Below, in pieces: positions 8,131-16,729 of a stretch of DNA of 64,000 nt. The notes under the pieces were generated by a model. It was not told where the DNA came from. It worked only from the letters and a program-made list of their open reading frames with translations, and searched no databases. Source of the DNA: an uncultured delta proteobacterium (lineage in GTDB: Bacteria > Desulfobacterota > Binatia > UBA9968). The translations under genes and the position numbers were made by a program. Each line of letters starts with the position of its first letter. Within the stretch, counting starts at the first letter, position 1. The stretch covers positions 224,001 to 288,000 of the forward strand of contig CAVYTU010000008.1 of assembly GCA_963771465.1 (NCBI GenBank), given 5' to 3'.

Positions 8131-11100
8131 AGCTCGAACTCCTCTCGCTCACACGCGCCGCCATGCTCGCGCCGAGCCACGTCGATTCGATCGGCCAACG
8201 CAGCGACGGTCGGTGACTCCATAAATACCCGCAAGTCCAAGCGGGCGCCGAGCGATTCACGGATGCGCGCCGCGACTTGAGCGGCGAGCAATGAATGACC
8301 GCCGCAATGAAAAAAATCATCCAGGCGGCCAATCCGTTCGACACCGAGCACTTCGGAAAACATCGCGGCAAGACTTTGCTCCAACGGCGTGCTCGGCGGA
8401 TCGAATGGAGTTTCCGTCGTCCGCGTTTGAGTTATTCTCGGCAGTTCGGCGTGGTCCACTTTGCCGTTGAAACTCAACGGCAAACGAGCGAGCCGAACGA
8501 AATCGGCCGGCACCATGTAATGCGGTAGTTTGGCGGCGAGAAAGCCGCGCAGGTCGGCGAATAAATTCCCAGCGGCATCGTCGGCGACCACGTAAGCGAC
8601 CAACCGCTCCGATAATTTTGAAATTGGAATTTTAAAGTTTGAATTCACCGCCACCGCGACCTCGCGCACCGCCGGGTGCTGCAACAACGTCGACTCCACT
8701 TCGGCGAGCTCGACGCGGAAACCGCGGATATTGACGCGACGATCGCGCCGGCCGACCCATTCGACATTGCCGTCGGGGCGATAGCGGCCAAGCTCGCCGG
8801 TACGGTAAAGGCGATCCTTCGACTCGCCGGTAAACGGATTGACCAGAAAATTCGCCGCGGTCAGTGATTCATCGTCAACGTAACAGATAGCCAGATGCGG
8901 ACTACGGACAAAGAGCTCGCCAAGCTCGCCGACTCCCGCGGGCTGATTTTGGGGCGTCAACAAGAGCAGCTGCACGTCCGGTACACCGCGGCCGGTCGGC
9001 AAAATCGCATGGGCAGAAATTGCCGCCTCGTTGCCATCGTCTTCGACCGCAAGATATCCGACGGCGCGCTGGGTCTCGGTGGCGCCGTAAAAGCTAACGA
9101 TCTTGGCATTGGGCGCCAGCGCGCGCATCGCGGCAACGTCTTGACGGGTCAACAGATCGCCGCCGAAAAATATTCGGCGTAAGTTCGGCAACGGTTTGGC
9201 GCCGGCACTATGCAGCAACCGACCCAGCGCGGGTGTCAAATGCAGAATCGTTATTCGATGCTCGCGCAGCCACGTGATCAATTCGTCGACAGATTTCATT
9301 TGCGCCGCGCTGGGAATATAGAGCGCCGCCCCGGAAGTGAGCGCAGTGAATAATTCCCGTTGTAGATGGTTGTAGCCGAGACCGGAAAGGAGGCAGTAGC
9401 GATCCGAACTGATTAGCGCGAATTCTTTCTCCTGCCACGGCAGAAAATGGCTCATCGGCCCATGACGGCAAAGCACCCCCTTGGGCTGTCCGGTCGAGCC
9501 GGAAGTGAAGGCGATATACGCCGGATCGTCGGCGCCGATGGAAATTTCCGGCGCCGTTGACTCATAGCTCGCCAGCGCGTCAGCTATTTCGTCCTTGGCC
9601 GTCGGCAGATTCAGTCGGCAGCGTAGCCCGCTAGCGGCAAGAAAAGTTCCAAGTTCATCGGGTAATTCGACGGCACCCGCCAATTGCAACCAAGCCTTGG
9701 GCTTGGCAATACGCAGGTAATCGAGCAAGCGCGCCGTCGGGTATGCCGGATCGAGCACGACAAACACCGCCCCGGCCTTCAACACGCCGAGCAAGGCGAT
9801 CGCCAATGACGCATTGCGCTGGCCGTGGATCGCCACCACGTCGCCCTTATCGATGCCGTGGCCGTCTAGACAATTAGCCAGCTGATCGCTCAATCCATCG
9901 ATCTCTGCATAATTCCAATCGCCACTGTCGTCGAGTAAGGCCAGAGCATGCGGCCGCGCTTTGGCTTGCTCCGAAACAAGCGCAGCAACCTTGCCTTGCC
10001 ATTGGTCGCCGAGCGGCAGAACCGGATCGGGTAGAATTCTTTCAGTCGATGTCGTCCGCAATGAGTAACGATCGATGGTTTGCTCCGGCGCGGCGACGAT
10101 TTGATCCAGCAATGCGCTTAACTGCTCCATATAAATCGTCACCCGTTCCGCGCTGAACAGTTCGGCGTTGTAAACCATCGCGAGCTCGATCGAGCCGTTT
10201 ATTTCCGGCGCGTAGAGTACGATGTCAAACTTGGCCGCCGGCTCACTTTGGGAAATCTTCTCCGTGCGGCAATCGATGAGCTTGAGCGTACGCTCCGAGG
10301 CGTCGTTCATGTTGAACATGACCTGGAACAATGGATTGCGGCTTAAGTCGCGCTCGGGATTAAGCGCTTCGACGACTTTATCGAACGGCAGCTCTTGATG
10401 CGCATAGCCTTCCAGACAAACGTCCCGTACGCGCTTGAGCAGAGCGCTAAAACTTGGCCTTCCGGAAAGATCGCTGCGCAAAGCCAGAGCATTGATGAAG
10501 AAGCCGACAACGCCATCGAGTTCGGGCCGATTGCGTCCTGCGATGGTCGAACCGACAACGATGTCCTCCCGCCCGGCCAAGCGCGCGAGCAGAATGTCGA
10601 ACGCCGCTAGCAGCGTCATAAACAGCGTCGCGCCCTGGCGACGCGAAAGCTCTTTCAGCGCGGCGGTCAATTCGCGCGGCAGACGCTGCACCACTCGCGC
10701 ACCCCGATAACTTGCCAACGCCGTCCGCGCCCAGTCCGCAGACAAATCAAGCGGCGTCAAACTGCCGCCAAGCTGGCGCTTCCAGTACGCCAACTGGGCC
10801 TCGGCCGCGGCGCTGCCAAGCCATGCTTGCTGCCATATTGCGTAGTCGGCGAACTGCACGGGTAGCGCGGGCAAGGAAATGGCTGAACCTTTCGCGCAGG
10901 ATTCGTATAAGAGCGCCAGCTCGCGATAAAAATCCACCAGCGCAGAAGCATCGACAATGATGTGATGAAAGTTCAACAGCAAGACATGCTCATCGTCGGC
11001 GAGCCGAAGTAGCTTGGCGCGCACGAGTGGCGCGCGGGCGAGATCGTAAGGCATACGTGCGTCCGCCGCGATCAAGCGAAGAACTTCCTCATCGGCCTGA

Positions 11101-14100
11101 TCCGTAGCGCATTCGCTAAAGTCGAGCACTGACAACTGCATTTCTGCTTCGGGCAAAATTCGTTGTGCCGGCTGACCCTTCGTTTCAACGATCGCCGTAC
11201 GCAAGCTCTCGTGACGCGCGATCATCGCGTTAAGCGCCGATGCGAGCGCTGCGACGTCCAGTCGACCGTGAATCCGATAGGCCGCTGGAATATTGTAAGC
11301 GCCCGATTCTGGTTCAAGCTGGTGCAAAAACCAGAGGCGCAGCTGGGCCGAAGAAAGCGGCAGATCGCCATGACGCGGCAGCACTACGATCGGCGCGCTG
11401 GCCAAGCCATTTTGCGTCCGGCGCAGGTCGGCGACGTGAAGCGCCAACGCCGCCAGCGTCGGCAACTCGAAGAGTTGGCGCAGCGGCAACTCGATATTAA
11501 AGTTGGCACACAGCCGCGCTGCCACGCGCGTGGCGAGCAGCGAGTGGCCGCCGAGATCGAAGAAATTGTCGTACACGCTAATCTCGTCGACACCGAGCAC
11601 GTCGCGCCACAACTGAGCAACCAGCTCTTCGACTTCACTGCGCGGCGCGACGAACCGCCGAGCCACGCTCGGTGTCCCGCCATCGGGTGGCGGCAGAACC
11701 TTGCGGTCGATCTTGCCATTGGGAGTCAAAGGCAGCGCTTCGAGCACTGAGAATTGCGCAGGAACCATGAACTCGGGCAACGTTTGTCGCAAAAAGTTCT
11801 GCAACTCAGCGGCGTCTATTGGATTCAACGCACTTGGGACGACATAAGCTACCAACTGCGCGTCCGACACCGGACTCTGAGATTTGAAATTTGAAATCTG
11901 CAATTTGGAATCCGCGCTCGCGCTGTGAGCGACCACAACACACTGGCGCACCAGCGGATTCCGACCCAGCGCCGCTTCGATTTCGCCGAGCTCGATGCGA
12001 TGGCCGCGAATCTTCACCTGATTGTCGGACCGGCCGAGAAACTCGATGTCGCCGCTGGGCAAGTACTTGCCGATATCCCCCGTGCGGTAGAGACGGGAGT
12101 CGGCATGCTCGTGAAACGGATTGTCAATGAATTTCTCCGCGGTCAGCGCCGGTAATTTCGAGTAGCCGCGCGCCACGCCGGCGCCGCCGATGAAAATTTC
12201 TCCCGGCACGCCGATTGGCGCGGGCTGCAAACGGTCATCGAGCAAATAAATCTCCGTGTTGGCAAGCGGCCGGCCGATCGGCACCGGCCCTTCTCCGCTA
12301 TCAACGCGGTAGCTCATCGACCAGATCGTGGTTTCCGTCGGACCGTAGAAATTCCACAGCGCCTTGCCACGCGTTATCAATCGATCGGCCAACTGGCGCG
12401 GCAACGCTTCGCCACCCAAGAGCATCGTCAAATTGACCGCACCCTGCCAACCGGCTTCGAGCAACAGCCGCCAACTTGACGGCGTCGCCTGCATCAAAGT
12501 CGCCGCCGGCTTCGCCAATCGCCGCGCTAAGCGTTCGCCGTCGCGCGCCTCATCGCGGCTGGCGATCACCAACTTGGCGCCGCTGATGAGCGGGACCAAC
12601 AACTCCGCCGCGGCGATATCGAAAGAAATCGTCGTCACCGCCAGCCAGACGTCGCGTTGGCTTACATTCAACTGACGTCGCATGGAGAGCAGGCAATTGA
12701 CCAGCGAACCATGCTCGATCTCGACGCCTTTTGGCTGCCCCGTCGATCCCGAAGTGTAAATCACATAAGCGAGATACCGCGGCTGAATCTTACTTTTAGA
12801 GTTCACCGCGCGTTGTTTGCCAATCTTTTGCCGGTCGCGATCCAACAGAATAACCTTGCGCGGAGACTCGCCATCCCCGATCCTCAATCCTCGATCCTCG
12901 GCGACCCGCTTCTGGCTGATTAGTATCGACGCTTGGGCATCGTCTAAAATGAATGCCAAGCGCTCGAGTGGATACTCAGGGTCGAGCGGGACATAAGCAG
13001 CTCCAGCTTTGAGCACAGCCAACAAAGCGATGACCATCTCGATGGATCGGTCTAGACAGATCGCTACGCGGTCTTCTCGCCCAATTGCAAATTTTTTCAA
13101 GTAATGCGCTAAGCGGTTGGCGCGTAAATTGAGCTCGCGGTACCTTAGCTGTCGGTTGCCAAACACGACCGCGATCGCATTCGGTGTTCGCTTCGCTTGC
13201 GCTTCAAACAGTTCTACCACGGTCCGGCGCCTCGGATATTTCGCTTGGGTGTCATTCCACTCCACCAAAAGTTGGCGCCGTTCCGCCGCGCTCAGAAGCG
13301 CTAGCGCGTTGATCGGTTTATCGGGATCGGCAACGATCGCCTTTAACAGGTTGCGAAAATGTTTGGCCATGCGATCGATCGTACCGCCGGCAAAGAGATC
13401 GCTGCTGTACTCAAAGAAGCCGTTGAGCGCGCCGTCCTTCTCGGCAAGAGACAGCGTCAGGTCGAACTTGGCGCTGGCGGTCGCCAATTCGATCGGCGCG
13501 CAAGTCAGACCTGGGAGATGCAAATCGCCAGCGTTGTGTTGGAACCCAAACATGACTTGGAAAATCGGATTGCGGCTCAAATCGCGTTGCCCATGGAGCG
13601 CGTCGACAATTCTCTCGAACGGCACATCGCGATGTGCCTGGTCGGCCGCAAACCCTGCGCGCACGCGCGCCAGCAACTCACGAAACGGCGGCGCGCCGGC
13701 AAAATCGCTGCGCAGCGGCAGCATGTCGACGAAACAACCGATCAACCCCTGGAACTCCGTCCGATCGCGGTTGGCGCGCGGATAACCGACGACGATGTCT
13801 GCTTGCCCGCTGTAGCGGTAGAGCAAGATTTTAAAAGCCGCCATCAGCGTCACAAAAAGTGTCGTTGCCGCGCTACGGCTTAATTTTTTCAACGCCGCGG
13901 TGAGCTTTGGCGAGATTACGATGGACCGCCGCGCCCCGCGCGAACTCGGCGTAGCCGGCCGTCTGCGGTCGGCCGGGAGATCCAATGCCGGCGGCGCGCC
14001 GCTAAGCCGTCCCTTCCAGTAGGCTAATGGCGCTTGACTCCTCTCATTCGCCAACGCTTGGCGCTGCCACTCCGCGTAATCGCCGTACCGATGCGTTAAT

Positions 14101-14726
14101 TCGGTAAGCTCGTCCTCGGCGCCACGCCGGTAAAGCGCCTCAAGCTCGCGATAAAGGATTTCCAGCGACGCGCCGTCGAAAATAATCTGGTGCGCGCTAA
14201 TCAGCAAAATATGCAGCTGATTTTCCAGACCGATCAGCGTGACCCCAAACAGCGGCCCGGTAGCTAGATTGAAAACGCGCCGAGGCTCATCATCGAGAAT
14301 TCTTTGCGACCGCGCCGCGCGCTGTTTCACCGGCCAAGCGCGCAAATCGACCCGTCGTATACGAAAATCCTCAGCGGCAGTGGCGCGCTGCACGGGTTGA
14401 CCGTCATCCAGCGAAAATACGGCGCGGAGAATTTCGTGCCGGCGCACGATCTCGTGCAGCGCGCCCGACAAGCGCTCGATATCGAGCCGGCCGCGCAAAC
14501 GATAGGCGCGGCAAAGGTTATAAGCGCTGCCGGGCTGAAACTGATCGAGGAAACACAACCGCTCTTGCGCGAAAGAAAGCGGCGCGCCGTCCCGCTCGCC
14601 AAGTTGAGGAATCGCCGTCACCTGCGGCGCCATCACCCCTTCAGCTTCGAGCAGCTGTGCAAGCAACGCGCGCCGCGCCTTTTCGAGCTCGACGCCGGCG
14701 GATTTTGCCCGGCGCGATTTAGCCAT
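8127..14726 (-). CDS. NRPS subunit 2: C-A(Gly-like)-T-C-A(Lys2-like)-T
   Basis: C motifs HQIIFDG and HHIIVDA; two A domains (YTSGSTGQPKG, FTSGSTGQPKG); two GGHSL T domains; acidic C-terminus EREEFEL. ATG 14726 overlaps the upstream stop (track ORF starts 14807). Confidence 0.95.
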   Translation of the reverse strand: MAKSRRAKSAGVELEKARRALLAQLLEAEGVMAPQVTAIPQLGERDGAPLSFAQERLCFLDQFQPGSAYNLCRAYRLRGRLDIERLSGALHEIVRRHEILRAVFSLDDGQPVQRATAAEDFRIRRVDLRAWPVKQRAARSQRILDDEPRRVFNLATGPLFGVTLIGLENQLHILLISAHQIIFDGASLEILYRELEALYRRGAEDELTELTHRYGDYAEWQRQALANERSQAPLAYWKGRLSGAPPALDLPADRRRPATPSSRGARRSIVISPKLTAALKKLSRSAATTLFVTLMAAFKILLYRYSGQADIVVGYPRANRDRTEFQGLIGCFVDMLPLRSDFAGAPPFRELLARVRAGFAADQAHRDVPFERIVDALHGQRDLSRNPIFQVMFGFQHNAGDLHLPGLTCAPIELATASAKFDLTLSLAEKDGALNGFFEYSSDLFAGGTIDRMAKHFRNLLKAIVADPDKPINALALLSAAERRQLLVEWNDTQAKYPRRRTVVELFEAQAKRTPNAIAVVFGNRQLRYRELNLRANRLAHYLKKFAIGREDRVAICLDRSIEMVIALLAVLKAGAAYVPLDPEYPLERLAFILDDAQASILISQKRVAEDRGLRIGDGESPRKVILLDRDRQKIGKQRAVNSKSKIQPRYLAYVIYTSGSTGQPKGVEIEHGSLVNCLLSMRRQLNVSQRDVWLAVTTISFDIAAAELLVPLISGAKLVIASRDEARDGERLARRLAKPAATLMQATPSSWRLLLEAGWQGAVNLTMLLGGEALPRQLADRLITRGKALWNFYGPTETTIWSMSYRVDSGEGPVPIGRPLANTEIYLLDDRLQPAPIGVPGEIFIGGAGVARGYSKLPALTAEKFIDNPFHEHADSRLYRTGDIGKYLPSGDIEFLGRSDNQVKIRGHRIELGEIEAALGRNPLVRQCVVVAHSASADSKLQISNFKSQSPVSDAQLVAYVVPSALNPIDAAELQNFLRQTLPEFMVPAQFSVLEALPLTPNGKIDRKVLPPPDGGTPSVARRFVAPRSEVEELVAQLWRDVLGVDEISVYDNFFDLGGHSLLATRVAARLCANFNIELPLRQLFELPTLAALALHVADLRRTQNGLASAPIVVLPRHGDLPLSSAQLRLWFLHQLEPESGAYNIPAAYRIHGRLDVAALASALNAMIARHESLRTAIVETKGQPAQRILPEAEMQLSVLDFSECATDQADEEVLRLIAADARMPYDLARAPLVRAKLLRLADDEHVLLLNFHHIIVDASALVDFYRELALLYESCAKGSAISLPALPVQFADYAIWQQAWLGSAAAEAQLAYWKRQLGGSLTPLDLSADWARTALASYRGARVVQRLPRELTAALKELSRRQGATLFMTLLAAFDILLARLAGREDIVVGSTIAGRNRPELDGVVGFFINALALRSDLSGRPSFSALLKRVRDVCLEGYAHQELPFDKVVEALNPERDLSRNPLFQVMFNMNDASERTLKLIDCRTEKISQSEPAAKFDIVLYAPEINGSIELAMVYNAELFSAERVTIYMEQLSALLDQIVAAPEQTIDRYSLRTTSTERILPDPVLPLGDQWQGKVAALVSEQAKARPHALALLDDSGDWNYAEIDGLSDQLANCLDGHGIDKGDVVAIHGQRNASLAIALLGVLKAGAVFVVLDPAYPTARLLDYLRIAKPKAWLQLAGAVELPDELGTFLAASGLRCRLNLPTAKDEIADALASYESTAPEISIGADDPAYIAFTSGSTGQPKGVLCRHGPMSHFLPWQEKEFALISSDRYCLLSGLGYNHLQRELFTALTSGAALYIPSAAQMKSVDELITWLREHRITILHLTPALGRLLHSAGAKPLPNLRRIFFGGDLLTRQDVAAMRALAPNAKIVSFYGATETQRAVGYLAVEDDGNEAAISAHAILPTGRGVPDVQLLLLTPQNQPAGVGELGELFVRSPHLAICYVDDESLTAANFLVNPFTGESKDRLYRTGELGRYRPDGNVEWVGRRDRRVNIRGFRVELAEVESTLLQHPAVREVAVAVNSNFKIPISKLSERLVAYVVADDAAGNLFADLRGFLAAKLPHYMVPADFVRLARLPLSFNGKVDHAELPRITQTRTTETPFDPPSTPLEQSLAAMFSEVLGVERIGRLDDFFHCGGHSLLAAQVAARIRESLGARLDLRVFMESPTVAALADRIDVARREHGGACEREEFEL
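8614..8648. repeat. Degenerate tandem heptamer repeat inside an NRPS A domain
   Basis: AATTTTG AAATTGG AATTTTA AAGTTTG AATTCAC; an AT-rich patch in a GC-rich gene. Confidence 0.6.
11874..11915. repeat. Degenerate tandem heptamer repeat inside an NRPS A domain
   Basis: ACTCTGA GATTTGA AATTTGA AATCTGC AATTTGG AATCCGC. Confidence 0.75.
12866..12900. repeat. Tandem heptamer repeat inside an NRPS A domain
   Basis: ACTCGCC ATCCCCG ATCCTCA ATCCTCG ATCCTCG. Confidence 0.75.
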
Positions 14727-16692
14727 GGCGACGGCCCTTTTGCCGATCCTGCGCCTGCGCGATTTCCGCCGCCGACATGCGGGAGACCTCCAAGTGAATC
14801 GCCGCAATCCTTTCGGCCTGCCCAGGTTTCGCTTCTTGAGCTAGGACAAATTGCGCGATGGCATCGACCGTGGGCGTTTCGAACAAGATCTTCAACGGAC
14901 TTTTGAGAGAAAAACTTTCATTCACGCGGGCGACAACACGTGAGGCGAGCAGCGAGTCGCCGCCGAGCTGGAAGAAATCATCGTGGATACCGACTTGGGT
15001 CACGCCCAAAACTTCCGCCCAGAGATTGGCCAGGAATTTTTCCAGGGAATTTTTTGCCGCCGCATACGAACCGTCGAGTTGATGCCGTGACCTTGCCGGC
15101 GCAGGCAGCGCTCTGCGGTCGACCTTGCCGCTCGCGGTCAGCGGCAGATGCTCGAGAATTACGAAGGCTGACGGCTGCATGTAATTGGGCAACGTCTGTT
15201 TCAGGGTCGCGCGCAATGCGCTAACCGTCAGCGCCCGGCTCTCTTGAGCGACGACGTAGGCGACCAATCGCCTGCCGTCGCCGTCGTCGTCTCGCGCGAG
15301 CACCGCCGCTTGCTTGATGCCTTCGACACCAAGCAAAGCCATCTCGACTTCCGAGACTTCCACTCGATGGCCCCTGATCTTGGCCTGAAAATCTTTTCGT
15401 CCCATGTGCACCAGGCAGCCGTCGGGACGCAGGTAGCCGAGATCTCCCGTGCGATAAATGCGCGCGTTGCCGCCAGCGGGATCGGCGCGAAACTTTTCCC
15501 GAGTGAGCTCCGGCTGGCGCCAATACCCGACAGCGAGATACGCGCTCTTGACGACGATCTCACCGGTGCCGTTCGCGCCTACGGCTTTGCCATCGTCATC
15601 CAGCAAGCGAACTTCAATGCCCTCGAGCGGGTAGCCCACGGGCACTCTGTCGTCGGCAGTCTCGGTTTGTTTATTGATGAAATAGTAGCTGATCGTCGGG
15701 GTTTCGCTCATGCCAAATCTGCTGGTGAACAGGCAGCGGTCGGAAAAATATTGCTTGTACAGCTCGACGTCCGATTTTGCGAGCGGTTCGCCGCCGATGT
15801 GAACCAGACGAATTTTCGGAAACGTTTCTCTCCCGGTGAGACTTTTCAGCGTGTGTCGGAAGACCGTGGCGACGCAACTGAAAATGGTGATTCCTTCGGC
15901 AATCAACCAATTTCCCAGAGTCGCGAGACCTTCTTCTTTGAGTTCCAGCGGCAGCAACGTCGCGCCGCTGAGCAACGCGAGAAAGGTATCTCGAGTCGCG
16001 CCGACGTTGTTGGAACGCAACAGGCTGATCCGATCGTCGATGGATACGTGTAAAGCGTTGATCCGGAGCATGGTGCTGAACAGTTCGCTTCGATGGTTCC
16101 ACGCCACGCCTTTTGGCTCGCCAGTCGAACCGGAAGTATAATTGATATAGGCGAGGTCGTCCGGGGAAACAGCCAGCCCTGGATTGGTATCCACGAGATC
16201 GCCGTCCAAACTATCGATGTTGAGAAGCTTCGCTGGATCACAGCCCCAGTCATGCGCTAACGCGAGATTGTCGTTATCCGTAAGGATGATCGATGCTTGG
16301 ATATGTTGCAGAATTTGACTTGCCCTGGCTGGCGGAAGCGTGTAATCCACCGGGGCACAAGCCTTACGAGCCTTCATCGCGCCCACAATCGCCGTGATCA
16401 TCGACGCGCCCTGCTTGAATAGCAGAGCTACGGGTTCGTTAGCGTTACCGCGGCGCGCAACAATCGCATGGGCTACTCGATTCGATGCCCGATTCAGCTC
16501 ATCGTAGGTAAGGCTTTGGCTTTGAGTCTTGACGGCGATCCGGCCGGGATATTTGCGCGCTTGGCGCTCGAAACGATCGCCGATCGATGCCTCGATATCC
16601 GCGTGGTTAAATTCGTCGAATGGATTGACGGGTTGGATATGGCGGTCGTCACTGGACTGTTGGGCGGACGGAACTTCACTCAAGGGCTCCAC
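14719..16692 (-). CDS. NRPS subunit 1: stand-alone loading A-T didomain
   Basis: YTSGSTGEPKG, YRTGDLG, KIRGHRVE, SGKVDR; T motif GGDSL; C-terminal helical docking-like tail. Confidence 0.93.
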   Translation of the reverse strand: MEPLSEVPSAQQSSDDRHIQPVNPFDEFNHADIEASIGDRFERQARKYPGRIAVKTQSQSLTYDELNRASNRVAHAIVARRGNANEPVALLFKQGASMITAIVGAMKARKACAPVDYTLPPARASQILQHIQASIILTDNDNLALAHDWGCDPAKLLNIDSLDGDLVDTNPGLAVSPDDLAYINYTSGSTGEPKGVAWNHRSELFSTMLRINALHVSIDDRISLLRSNNVGATRDTFLALLSGATLLPLELKEEGLATLGNWLIAEGITIFSCVATVFRHTLKSLTGRETFPKIRLVHIGGEPLAKSDVELYKQYFSDRCLFTSRFGMSETPTISYYFINKQTETADDRVPVGYPLEGIEVRLLDDDGKAVGANGTGEIVVKSAYLAVGYWRQPELTREKFRADPAGGNARIYRTGDLGYLRPDGCLVHMGRKDFQAKIRGHRVEVSEVEMALLGVEGIKQAAVLARDDDGDGRRLVAYVVAQESRALTVSALRATLKQTLPNYMQPSAFVILEHLPLTASGKVDRRALPAPARSRHQLDGSYAAAKNSLEKFLANLWAEVLGVTQVGIHDDFFQLGGDSLLASRVVARVNESFSLKSPLKILFETPTVDAIAQFVLAQEAKPGQAERIAAIHLEVSRMSAAEIAQAQDRQKGRRHG

Positions 16693-16729
16693 TTTAGTAG
16701 CGTACCTTTCTGCATCTCCCGAACCATCG

